A stretch of 64,000 nucleotides of DNA from Trichodelitschia bisporula (Eukaryota), in assembly GCA_010356995.1 (NCBI GenBank), contig ML996701.1:62001-126000 (forward strand). The letters are read 5' to 3'. A program made the translations under genes and the position numbers. A model generated the notes under the pieces. The model made no database searches. It saw only the letters and a list, made by a program, of their open reading frames with translations, and had not been told where the DNA came from. Shown in pieces: positions 47,123 to 59,719 of this stretch (positions within the stretch are counted from its first letter, which is position 1; every line of letters starts with the position of its first letter).

Positions 47123-50100
47123 ACCATCTCATCTTTTTTTTTCCCATCACATCGCATCGCAACTTTTTAGTGCAGCCGACGTCGCCGGCCCACAACTTTA
47201 TCGGCAGCGGACGTCGCAGGCTCCGCGCGAGCACTGATTGGTCAGCCCCGGCCACGCCAGCCTTCCGCCGATCAGGCCGCGTCAAGCGTGTCAAGTCGAT
47301 CACCCGGCGACCGGTTTGAGAAGGATGTGAGAACAGCGCTTTTTTTTTTCGCAGATGCGGAGAGATATCCGATGAGTTTGTTGACTGATTAGTGTCGTGA
47401 GTATCTACGGTACTTAGTTACGGAATCCAGCAGGGATGGGCTGGACGTCGGGGATCCAACGTCATCCCTTCATCGTTAGCTTCGTTAGCTTCGTGATATA
47501 CTTCAAGGCTGCACATCCAACGCGGCCCAAACCCCCAACCCGCGCGATGCCCAAGCCGAGTGCTTAAAGTGGCAGGCCGCTAGGCCTCCTACGATCACCC
47601 ATCAGCTTCCAAGGTCCATCCGAAAAGGTCGTGCCACCAAGGTCCGCAAAGACACCAGGCAGGACGGCCACGACTTTTACAGGCGTCCCTAGCACCTTCC
47701 CTCCTCGTCCCCCCAGCCGACGACCCTCCCCCTCCCCCCATCCACGCCTCGGCCCGGGCCCTCTTACCCCCACGCCCATCAAGAGCCAAAGAGGGAAAGA
47801 ACGCGCGATTTCCGCCACCCTCGCATAAACGTACCCGACGCCAAACAACCCTCCCCAGTCCCTTCCGCTAGCTCCTCCCCCAGACCTGTAAAGCCCGGGG
47901 AGGTGATAGCGCGCGGCGTTTCCCGCTTCCCCGGCCTAGTATTCAGGACCACATGCCGCTCCACGCGCCGCAACGTGGGTCCTCGCCGGACGATCCCGGA
48001 TGGCGCGCAATAGGCGCGGGGAGCGTACGTGGCGTAGCATGGCGGGATGATGGTGTGGCGGCTTTGGGCTGCGGGGGGCGAGGGGGGGTTTTTGATGGCT
48101 GGTTGGGCTGGAGATAGCGATGAGATGGGATGTACTTGCGGGGAAGTTGGTCTGGCATGGTTAGCGCTCAATTGGTGATGGGGACTGTGGACGTCGTGGT
48201 GATGGGTCGCGGCGGCGCGGCGTGAGACCCAAGGCCAGCGGATGGCTTTCGTGGTCCAGTGACGGGAGACGGGATAGGAGCCGCGGGTGCCGCTGTGGGG
48301 AGCGGAGGTTGGCTGGATGGGAGGGAGGTGCTGTGGACTGGAGGGACGCTGGATGGAGGAGGGGAGCTGGATTGAGGTGCTCCAGAGACGGGCTATCGGA
48401 AGGGAGGAGCATCAGATGGGGGAGTGGAAGGCTTGTGCGGCTTCCCTCAGGAACGCAGGATGGAGAAGGCAACGGGGATCTCAATGTTTCGGCGACGGGA
48501 GAAGGAAAGAATTCCCTTCTTGCAGCCGACATCCGCTCAACGTGCATAGTCGTCCGACCCCGAATCAGCGCTGCGCGTGGCTGCATGGTTGGACGCGTCG
48601 GACAACGTTACTTGCTTCCCGACGAGGTGCCGGAGAGTGGGGAGCGGAACGGGGACAGTCGATAGTACTGTGGTGGCACTTTGCACGCAACTGCCGGAAG
48701 TAGTTTGTAGCGCAGAGCAAAGCAGTACACGCTGGACCGGACTGCTGATTGCTGCCAGAAAGAATTGCCCCGAGGCAGGCGCATCCCAGATGGTTGGAGC
48801 GGCGGCTCTGGGAAGAGGGCTGGTCCTGGGGGTTAAAGAGAGAGGGCGGCGGCCCGGCTGCGGGCTGCACGCTCTGCAGCTGTGCCCAAAGGGCTAAACC
48901 GTGGTGGGCTTCGCTGGACTGAGGGTACCGAGTGACAAAACGGCGTGTGAGGAGCCACGAGCGTTGGTTCCACCGTGTTCACCTTGCACACTGGCTTGCA
49001 GTTGTGCACCACGCAGTCCCGCAGAGCCGTCTCTCTTCTTCTCAGCCGCTGGCGCTAGGTGGGGATAGGTGCGATTGCGAGTCGGTGGTTCGTCCCATGC
49101 AGCCGACATTGAATGAGGAGGTAGATCTCCGTTTCGCGACATCCTCGGCTGATTGGGGGGGGTACTTATTGTAGAGTATCTACAGAGTACCACAGTATTT
49201 CCCGACGGAGTATTTTCCAGAGGTCGAGCAATTGAAGGTATTGCGGTGGTTGAAGCTTGCTGGCGGAAGAGGGTATATGGCCGTTGGGGTGGTTGCTCAT
49301 ATGTGATATCATTTCGCCTGGGCCTGCTGATGCATGTCATGGAAGGGAGGGAAAGAGCGATGCACGGGGGGTAGAGGGATGGAGGGCTAGACCGTTACAT
49401 ACGCTTGCCACGCTGGTACAATACACCTACTTGCCACGCTGGTATACTGTGGTTTGTACTTCATAGTGGGAGGAAGTACATGTTGTCCATGAATCTTGCT
49501 TCCTTTGCTCCGTAACCGCGTTGTGTTGCGGTGTCGCGTTGTGTCGTCTCTCCGCTGACCGGTTCTTGGCCGTTCTGGTAGTTCGAACCGCAGACCGCAG
49601 ACTGCGAGGCGCAGACCGCAGACCGCAACACGGATAGCAAAGCACATGCCGCTATCCACGTGAAGATGCCGACCCGATTGATAACCACCGCACTTACTCG
49701 GCCACAAACGGCTCTCGGCGCCACACTTTCCTGCTCCCGCCTCCACCTCCACCAGCAGCTTTCATCGCTTCCCCCATCTCCGCCGCCCTTCCCTCCGCTC
49801 ATCCCGACCCCATCTCTCCCCATCTACCCCCTCCACCCCTCCACCTGCACTCCCGCCGCCACGGGAGGATGCAGGCTGGCCTGCGGCTCTCCCCCCAGTC
49901 TATTGGCGCATGTTGGCGTGGCGGCGGGATGGCGGAAGCGTGCACTGACCTATTGGGCCGACATCATGGCCACCCATTGATGCCCAACCTCAAGCCGGGG
50001 GGAGGGGGCGGTCTCCAAGCGGCTGGGGATGCCCGCAGGGACCTCACAGCCAAACGGCACAAGCGATCACCACACAAGAGGCCGTCAGCCTCTCGCACAC

Positions 50101-52094
50101 TTCCCCCGTATCACCTTTGTTGAGAAAAGTACGAATGGAATGTGGATAAGGTAATACGATGCAGGACGAGCGACAGAAAGAAGGTGAGCGAATAAGTTTT
50201 TGCGTGGCAATTCACTGCGTCCCAACTGCAACGCTGCAGAGAGCCCAACGCGGCCAACAGCGGAATAGATTTGCCTGATGGAAAAGCAGGTGGTGTGGTT
50301 AGAATAAAACTTACGACGACCACTGCATTTTCCCGCTTCTATTCGTCTTATGTCGTGCTGAATCCGCTCTGTGTTGCTCCTTCTTGCTCTTCTGCTTCTT
50401 CAACTCTTCAGTTTTGTATCTGATCATCGACGCATTCCTGCCAGGGAAGCACCTCGCCCTGATACCCACATCACTGTGCAGGCGCGCCGTCATCCGCCGG
50501 TTCACACGTCCTAAAACACGCTCGTCAGTTGTTCAAGTCGGTAAGTGCGTGCCATCATCAGCCTGCAGGTCGCGGGCATTGCTGGGATCCCGGGGTCTCT
50601 CTTGCTTGCAGCAGCCGTCTGTCCGGACTTGCGTCAAAGCGGATTCACGGCTCACGCCTCTTCCCCCACACGACTCCACTCCACAAGACGTGCCACACAG
50701 ACACGGGCTGCTGCAACGCGCAACTCATTGACTTGTTGAGAGCTGACAATTTTTTTTGGGAAGCGGTTCCAGTCCTTCGAGTCGGAGAAAGAAGCGGACA
50801 CGCAGGAAAGAAAAGCAGCCCACCCCCTCATCCTCCTTGAGCCTCAAAAGCCCCGCCTCCACAACTTTTGAGCTGTCCTGCGTCCCCTTGGTTCTTCTTG
50901 TCGTTTTGCATCGAGCCCGCCGGCAGCCGAAAAGAGCAAGCCGACCTGCATCCGCATTCCTTACTGGCTCGCCGACAGCCGTTCGCTCTCGACCGCGGCG
51001 AAAGTGGCACATGACAGTTGGGCCAGCTGAAAGCCTACCGCACAGACTTGCCTGCCTAGCTGACAACCTTTGAGAGACGAAGACCAGCAACCGCTTGTCT
51101 GCCTAGGTTGTCCTCTATCATCTTCTTCGCGGCCGCCTCTGTTCTGTTGCAACCTCTTGCAATTCATCTCTTGCCAGAAGCTGCAACTTTATTCCCTTTA
51201 AGTCTTGCCTACATTACACTCCATACGTCGGAGCAGCAGTACTTGGACCTACTAGCAACAACCGTTGCAGGGAAGAAAAAGAAACCAGGATCCCAAATCC
51301 ATCCACCACCATCTTGAGGAGAGGCCTGTTCTCTTTCTTCAGTTCTGTTCCACATCCATATCCACGGACTTTTCCAGTCAAACCCCCAGTCAGAAAGGAA
51401 AAAAAGGGAAGAAAGGTGTTACTACCCCCAAGTCCAGGCTCTAGGAAAACGAGAGAGGAAAGGAAGCCAACCAACCCCACCTAGATCATCATCATCCACA
51501 CCTGTCCAGGACGCCGGATCATCCATCCCCAGTCCACTGACCCCGGTATAACTCCCTGGCTCCCCCCGGTCTTTTCACTCCTCTCCTCTGGAAGGAGCTA
51601 CTCGTCCACCTCCGCCTGCTTTCACCTTCCCCTCCTCTCCTTCCCCCCCCCCACCCCACTCACTCACACATTCCCATCAAGCCGCACCCCTCCTTCCGCC
51701 TTCACCCTCCCAATCTGTATCGTCTCCCGCATTCCGCCTCTTCTCATCAACCACCCCTCCCCCACCTAACAACGTCGACCACAAACTAACCGCCCACTCT
51801 CTGGTTCTTGTTGTTTGTTTGCCCTGGACACTCTTCATTACACAGTTACAACCCCACTCTCCTAAAGACCCCTGATCGGAAGCTTGCCTGGATTGGTCTG
51901 ACCTTCCATCACCCCCCCCCCCCCCCTCCCTCCCCTCCCTCCCCCCACCACCCTAGGACCACGTTAGATTCAGCCGAGGAGTCTTTCCTGTTCTCTTTTG
52001 TTCCTCTTGAACCCGGCTTTTCGTCATTTCTGCATCTGTCCTCACTTCAAAAGTATTCTTCCTCTGTCACCTTGCTTTTGTTCGTCCATATGAG

Positions 52095-53052
52095 ATGGCT
52101 TCCGCTGGCCCCAACTACAGGTGGTGGATTCCCGCAGAAGGTATCCATCGTCAGGTCATTCAAGCAGATATCCAGCGCTACCTCGGTCCTGAGGCGTGCA
52201 TGAGGCCCGGTACCAATAACGATGTGCGCAAAGCCTGTTGTCACTGGAAGAAATGGAACGTTGCTAACACTGATCAAAGGGCACGCCTGGCTATTGGATA
52301 TCCGCACTGCGCACCTTCACACCAGTAAGCTTTACTCCCACAACGGGTGGTGCCGCAGAGAACATTGTGCTGATTCCCGCAGACCATGATTGAGGATCTG
52401 AAGGCTGACTCGGCCAACTTTGCGAATATTGAGAGATCTGGCGCTAGAGGTAGCCCTTACTTTGATGACTGGCGGCAATCCCACAGTCCTGACATCTTTC
52501 CAGTAAGATATGAAGAGAGTCAAGTGCACACCTCTCGTCAATACTACGGCCCATCGGGCGGTGATGCGGCCTACCAGTACCCCGAGCCTGTGGCTCCGGC
52601 GGCGACGACTTCGCACTATCAGCAAAGCGCTCAAGGTGCAACCGCCTACCCTCAAGATTATTACAGCAGACAGGGTGGTGGGTATCCAACGACTCAAGCG
52701 CGAGCTCCGCAGGTGTACACACATGCGCCTGGCGCACCTCCGCCGTCCGGCTACCCGGGGGGGTATTATGACCCTCGGCAAGCACAAGCAGCGACACCGA
52801 GGTACCAGGGCAATAATGGATACCAGACAGCTGTCCCACCGCCAGCACCCCCTAGGTATTATGGACGTCCGCACCGGAGGCATTTGGTTTACTGACTCCC
52901 GGTTAGTGCGCCGACTGCCCAGCAGGCAGCACCAGCCCCCGCCGGTTACTATCTGGCAAATGACGGCCGCTGTAAGTATAGCCGGATCACCTGCTGCTGT
53001 TGCTGCGAAAGAGCCATGTTCTGACAAGGATCCAGACTATCCCAACAACTGA
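52095..53052 (+). CDS. rfeG: RfeG-like putative transcriptional regulator with a Tyr/Gln/Pro-rich tail
   Basis: Six exons; introns 52224-52279, 52325-52382, 52450-52503, 52856-52906 and 52972-53035. WWIPAEGIHRQVIQADIQRYLGPEACMRPG...GYWISALRTFTPTMIEDLKADS...YEESQVHTSRQYYGPS matches the RfeG family pattern as I recall it. Confidence 0.8.
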
Positions 53053-54752
53053 CACTGACGTCATTGCTTCCGAAATGCCCCCACCATGGATGGATCCAGT
53101 CACGGCTTTTTTTCTCTCCGGGTCTTGTTCCACCATGTCGTTCCGTCATTGCTCTCCAAAGGACTTCAGGCCGTTTTGTCCGTTTGGCCTCATTATACCC
53201 CAAGGTTTTGCGTCCCAACTGGAATTGGATCCGCGGACTTGAATCTGAGGTACCCGGATCGGAAACCTGAGCCCTAATGTTTCCTGTGTCCGGTGAGAGG
53301 CATCATTCCCAGAGGAGTCCCAGTTTTTCCAGATTCTTCCCACTCAGTCAATTGCCCTTGGTGAGAAGGAAAGCATCCTATGGACCAAGACCACGTGCCT
53401 GGAATTTCCATCGTTGCATCAACTTGCGCATTTCAAAGCTTATCCAGCTGGCCCGGATTGTTTGATTTTTTCCCGTCCACGCATTGTCCGCCCGCATTTT
53501 TTCCACGGCCCACCACTTGGACTGGAGCGCCATTTTCCCATTGGATTGTTTGTTTACTTGAGAGATCCGAGCGTGTTGCGTAGGTTTGCAGCCCTGCATT
53601 AGATTGAGGCTTCTGTTTGCCATTGCAACGGCGCAAAGCGGAGTTTTCGTGTGTTTGGAAGCATGCACCGAGCAGCCGCATCCGCAGCTGCAGGCGAGGC
53701 ACTCAGTGAAAGAAGCCGAGATTCGCCTTTATTTAATCTCCGCGTACCGCAAATGTACATACTTGGCGCTTGGGGCGGCTACCTCGTGACACCTTTTTTT
53801 GGGCGGAGCGTGAGATAGCGTGCCGGGGGGGGGGCGCGGCGCGTGAGTGTGGGAGAAGCGTTGCCGTGACGTTGGAGTAGCAACGGAGAAGCGAGAGAAT
53901 TCAAACGTAGTACTGCGGATACGTTCCCGTCCCTTTGTTTTTTTTGCCAGGGCTTACTCACTTCGTGCTGATGCTTCTGGGCTGCACATCGTTGTCCCCT
54001 TCTGTTCTTCTCGCCTCTCGGTCATTGGCCACTCCCACCTGCATGGATCACATATCTACACCATCCAACGTCTAATTCCACCCCCCCCCCCCCCAGGGGA
54101 TCCTACGCTCTAGCCCAAACGGATCATTTCCCCTTAAGGCAAACCCGCTATAGCCTATCTCTCCGCGCCCTCCGTGCGCAGCGCGCGTCATATCCTCACC
54201 GTAGAGCGTGCCACATCACCCGCGGCTCGGAAGTCAACCGAGGGCACGTGGAGCGGCGGGCGCGCGCGCGCGCTGTCTTTTTTGCTGGGCGTACTGGGGT
54301 AAGGCGGTCCGGGACGTTCCTGGCGCGATTGCGAGAGCGGGATGCACGACCGGGGAGTGTCGCGGGTTGAGTACGGCACGTGGGGGGCGAGCATCGCGGG
54401 TGACTGGGGGATGGGGGGGAGGAGAGGGGAGGGGAGTTGCCGTAGCTGTCGGTAGTCTGGTCGGCATGTGGCAGAGGCTGGACGTTGGGGGCGGAGGTGG
54501 AGGAGGGTGGGTGAGGCGCTCGCTCGCGTGGCCTGGAGTTGGTCTAGTCTGGTCTCGATCTCGATGGGAGGTGGCATCACAGCGAGCCTGGCCTGCCCTG
54601 CCCGGCGTCATCGTGCAGTGGCCTGGGGAAGGGCTGGGCGGAGGCCGGGCCCGGTGCCTGGGGTGCGGTGCGGTGCGGTGCGGTGCGGAGAGTGAGTGCT
54701 GAATCGCGTTTAGGCGAAACTTGACAGGCGGGCGGCCCCTCCGAGCGCTTGC

Positions 54753-54799
54753 CTGTCACTGGGGGAAAACTGTCACTGGGGGAAGACTGTCATCGGGGA
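54753..54799. repeat. 17-bp tandem repeat ctgtcactgggggaa(a/g)a x ~2.7
   Basis: Units start at 54753, 54770 and 54787. Confidence 0.8.
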
Positions 54800-57144
54800 T
54801 GGTCTGGGCTTTGGGTGTTTCCGGACTGCTTTGTTGCTGTTTCGTTTCGAAAGCTGGACCGGGCGTTTTGGCCGCCTTGGGTGACATTGGGCCTTGGTTG
54901 CTGCGCTCCGGACGCGCATCCGCGGCTCGGTGGGTGGCTCGGGGGCAATATGTGCGGTACTATGGGGCGCGACGAGTAGGGTGGGGGGTAGAGTGTGTGT
55001 ATATCGGACCGTGGTGGATGTGAGGCTGGAGAAATTGAGATGAGACGGGATGAGTGGTTGGTTGCGTTGTTGCGATCGTGGAGTGGTCTGGAAGGGGGTG
55101 GAAGGTCACGTTGTGCTACGGGGGGGAGGGTGGGGCTGTATGCGGGGTTCTGGGGTTTGCGGGGGGGCTGGAGGGAGATGGGAGATGGACTGGGGAGGCT
55201 GGAGGAAGTTGAGGGCGTGCTTGCGGGGGATGTTGGTCGCGTTTGGGAGATGTCGTCGTCTGGGAAGGCTGGGACACGTGCGGGGGCTTGGCGGGTGACG
55301 TCGAGGTAGACTTTTTTTCGGACGGCCCGGAGACGACATGTCGTCCTTGCATCTCGATATGTTCGGGTTTTGACCAACCGCGTTTTCGCTGTGTCGAGTC
55401 TGCTATATGATTGTCCAGCATTATGTGTGGGTTCGTCTAATGTACTCATCTTTACCTTCAAAGCTATCTTATTCAGGATCGTGGCATACCGTCTCTGCCT
55501 AGACTTGACACTTTCCGCTGGCATGAGGCATTCCGAATTGCACGCACGGAACTCCCCGCCGACAGATGGCTCTCGAAAGTTTCTGGACTGACGCTGGACA
55601 GCTGTCATGCCTGCGCAGCGTGTGGATATCCGCTTCGAAGTAAGTTCGGTGAAAGCTGTGAAAATCATACCCTTCAAACGTTACTGGATAGATACTGAGC
55701 TTATCACAGGTTCTAAGTACTCCTGACGTCGTACAGAAACTTGGAGCATGACAGACATGGCGCATATCAACTAGAGTCTAAAGCGGCCTGTCGCTTTGGC
55801 CAATTCTGCTCACATGCTCGACCATGGGTTGCTTTAGAGTATCGTCAATATGTGATACAGTAACGTCTGCCGCACGGATGAGAAGAATTGATCTCGCGTC
55901 GTGCATGTCTGCTCGCGGGATGAGGCTAAAGGTTTATTCAACCCTCTAATACGTATATGATGGATGCTGAAGATATGTAGCTCAGTCTTCGAAGGCCAAT
56001 AAGATGTACGGCAATACGGAGGGCAAGGAGGTTTCCTCGGACGATAAGATCAAGGAGGCTTTACCAACTCATCGTAAGCATATAAGGACCAATAGACGAC
56101 GAGTAGTGCCAGCGCATCGATAAACATTCGGGAGAGTTGGACGACTAGGAGTCAAGACGACAAATTCTCAGACGACAATACCGCTGGCTCCTCATCGACT
56201 GACTCGTCGTCGTCCGACTCCCCCGATTGTTTTTCGGCGTCCTGGCACTACTCGTCTTCTCTAGGCCCTTCATGCTTGCGGCGAATTGACAACGCCTCAT
56301 TATCGAGGTCCCAGGAACCTCTTTGTCCACCTTATTACCACGCGTCTTGAAGCCGTGGAATGCAATCTCGACGTTTCGCCTCTATCCACGCCCGGCAGCA
56401 TCTTGCAGTGGCAGCAGCTGGTTTGGTATTCACCGTCAGCCCCAAGGTAGTGGAGGTCCCATTTAGGCCGTTGGGAAGGTGGTCCGGAAGCGTGACGCCC
56501 ACGCACGCTCACTTGCGCCAGGATCCGAGACGGAGAAGGCGGCGATGAGGAAGGCGATCAAGACCCTAACGAACAAACTTGCTAAGCCGGAGACAGGCAA
56601 TGAGGTAGCAAAAGTGAGCAGTGCCCAGTTGGCAGAGAAAGTGAGGGATTGAGAGGCTACTCCTGACGTTGCTTTCAAGATGAGCGACTCGAGTGCGAAG
56701 TATATCGGGAAACCCCACGGCAATGTGGAGCATCCGAAAGTGCCAGTGCCAGCAGGCCACTTACTTCACACCAAAGGGTACCGTTCTTCCTCGGGCTCCG
56801 GAGATCAAATGCATAGATCGTTTATTCTATGAGCACCTGTTGTCCATCGCCTGCTGCTCGACTTTGTTGAACCATGAATTGCCTTCGCTGGTGTGATTTA
56901 GACTTCCACGAACCAACCGAGATCTCCCTCCTCGGATCTCCGCGTAATCAGAGATGCGCCGTGGACATCCAGCGCGTCTTTGATAATCCCGTGCCACCCG
57001 CAAGTATGCCCCTTGCCAAATTACCATCCAGCGCGGGAAGAATCGAATCCGCACCACATCCCGAACCATCCCATCTGCTCAGCCTATTCCGCTGCCATAA
57101 CTACAACATCAACTCCTCCCTCCATACCAAAAAGCCCATTGAAC

Positions 57145-57200
57145 GATCCCGTCTCACCTCGGGAAGATCCCCGTCTCACCCCGGGAAGACCCCCGACACC
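57145..57200. repeat. 21-22 bp tandem repeat gatccc(c)gtctcacc(t/c)cgggaa x ~2.5
   Basis: Units start at 57145, 57166 and 57188 (degenerate). Confidence 0.75.
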
Positions 57201-57366
57201 CCCCTATTTAGCCATCCGTGATCATAGCACACCAGCTTTGCACTTTTCACCTCGGGCCTGGATCTCTTACCACTACTACGGCCGACATCGCACTGCGGGT
57301 GGCACTTGGAACAGTGATAGGTGAGCCAGAGGGTCACAGACGGTGTGTGGAAGGCATATCCCGGGT

Positions 57367-57581
57367 TGATATAGACATGAGGCAGGAGCATTGTTATGTC
57401 AGGAGGGACCATACTTCTCTGAGGAGGAACATGATGTAATGTACACACGATGGGAGGAAGGAACATCGGGGACATTGTGTATCTATTCTCAAGCGTCTCT
57501 CGACTCTCGTCTTTCATTTGTCATATCAACTCCTCAGTTGACACTGTAGCCTTTTGCACGTGTCAAGCCTATGCTTCCATT
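57367..57581 (+). repeat. Dispersed repeat family, copy E
   Basis: The 5' half aligns to copy B. The 3' half (gtgtat..gtctctcgactctc..gtctttcatt..tgcacgtgtcaagcct) aligns to copies C and D. Confidence 0.8.
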
Positions 57582-57816
57582 ACGGGCGAAGACTCTGTGC
57601 GGTGCGGGAAGGGCATCAGATTTGGGTAAGGGCGCTGAAGAAGGGGAACCGATGTCGTCTTCCGGTGAGGAACGCTGCTGTCTTCAGGGCTCCGTACACC
57701 CGCCACAACAGAACACAACCGTCTCCGTTTTTCAAGCAGGGTCATTCGCAAGATTCACAGTTGAAGAACCGTTCGGCATTACACATGCACACATTACGCC
57801 CGCCGCTGGCAGCAGC

Positions 57817-59719
57817 CTAGAACAGCCACCCAACCGCCCGCTTATAAAACTTCCCCCCCTTCCTCCCCCTCCCAGCCGCCTCCTTCCTCGCCAAAAACTC
57901 TGCCTCCTCACGATCAACCTCCGCCTTGCCCGACCACAGATCCGCCGTCTCAGGTCTTACGCGCTCGGGCCGGTACCACAGCTTATACCCAAAGATCAAG
58001 GCCAGGTAAATCGGAATGCCAAGATACCCGGTGACAAAATTCTTCTTGTCGAAGCTACCATAGCTCCCCTTGGTAAACACATTAAAGTTCTTCGTCAACG
58101 CAATGACGATGCAGAAAAACAACGCGATATAACTCCCGATCTGCCCAAACGGCGCTACATACGCGAGTTGGGTATCCGCCACGCCCTGCGCGCGCCGCGC
58201 CCGCACGAAGCAGATGTGCGAAATGAGGATGGAGATCCACGTCAAGAGTCCGAAGATGGTGACTAAGTTGACGAAGTATCCGAATACCTGCCGGCTGTCC
58301 TTGGCGACGTTCATGTACGCCAGGCAGCAGAACAGCGCGCACACGCCCAGGGCGTACACGGGGACGCCGCGGCGGTCGGTCCGTGCCAGGAATGCGGGCG
58401 CTTTGCCCTGCGAGGCGAGGCCGTAGAGCGTGCGCGACCCGATGTACAGGTCCGAGTTCGAGGCGCTGAAGACGAAGAGAAGGATGCACGCGTTAAGTAT
58501 TCCGGGAAGTGATTTGATGCCCGCCAGCTTGACGGCGACGACGAAGGGCGAGGCGGAGGCGGAGCTCGTAGTGACCTTGTTGGCAAAGATGAGGTCCGGG
58601 CTGTTGTAGGGGACGATCAGGCCGAGGAGGAAGACGGAGAGGACGTAGAAGAAGAGGATGCGGAAGAAGGTTAGTTTGATGGCGCGGGGGATAGTTTTGC
58701 GTGGGTTTTGCGCTTCGCCAGCTGTTACACCCTGGGTGGGTTAGAGGTGATACTGGAGCGGGGGGAGGGCTACTTACGACCAGCTCGGTGCCCAGGTAGG
58801 CGAATACGGCGGTGATCATGGAAGACCAGAAGCCGAGAAACTTGCCCGTCTCGCCAGCTGCTAGGATCAGCACATACTCTCTACAGATCCACAGCAAAAC
58901 GTACTCTTAATGTATGCCCTAAACGCGCCCGGATTCTTGTAGTACCGGAACCCTTTGCGATCATGATCCGGTCCACCGCCGAGCGCAAGCACCAGTGAAA
59001 GGATGATAAGGCCGCAAATGATAACGATTTTGATAGACGAGAGCCAGAACTCAAACTCGCCAAACCAGCGCACGCCGAAGTAATTGATGGTAACGATGAC
59101 GACGAGGAACACGGTGATGAACACGCCGGGATTGACTTTCTCTGGTGGCACCCAGTATTGTATCACCAGCGCCGCGGCCGTCAGCTGGTTCGGCGTGATG
59201 ATGATGTACTTGAACCAATAGGTCTGGCGCACGTTAGCGGTGTCCTCGCCTCTATCGCCGTCGGGCGACTCACGTAGCCCAGCGCAAACCCGAGCGCCGG
59301 ATCGCAGAACCGCGTTGCGTACCCCGCGAACCCCTCGCCCATCGGCAACCACGCCGCCATTTCGCCGAGACCGCACATAACGACATAAACGAGTAGTCCG
59401 ACAAGCGTGTACGAGATGAGGATAGATCCAGGTCTAGACATGTCAACACTCGCTCATTCTCTCACTCAAACGTGAGCGCATACCCCGCCTTCGCGAGCGC
59501 AGACCCCGTCCCAATAATCAACCCCGTCCCAATGGCGCCTCCAATCGCAATCATCGTGATATGCCGCGCCTTCAACCCACGATGCAAATGCGTATGGTCG
59601 ACATATCCACCCTCCTGGCCAAGCGGCCCCTCCGTCACCGGCGGCGTATACTCCGTCTTCCCATACTCCGGATCCGCCTCCCCAACCGCGGGCGCAGCTT
59701 TGCGGTTCCAAATCGCCAT
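57817..59719 (-). CDS. DIP5: YAT-family amino acid permease, Dip5-like dicarboxylic amino acid permease
   Basis: Introns 59483-59434, 59273-59224, 58904-58861 and 58777-58732. LHRGLKARHITMIAIGGAIGTGLIIGTG, YWFKYIIITPNQLTAAALVIQYW, FGEFEFWLSSIK, GGGPDHDRKGFRYY, AYLGTELVGVTAGEAQNPRK. Confidence 0.9.

Noticed and set aside
55600..56950. Lower-GC stretch with short coding-like fragments (possible pseudogene or transposon relic)
   Set aside because: No recognisable domain or consistent frame; a tBLASTx search would be needed.
54753..57200. Short tandem repeats as a CRISPR-like array
   Set aside because: Head-to-tail units with no unique spacers, 2-3 copies only, eukaryotic context and no cas genes.
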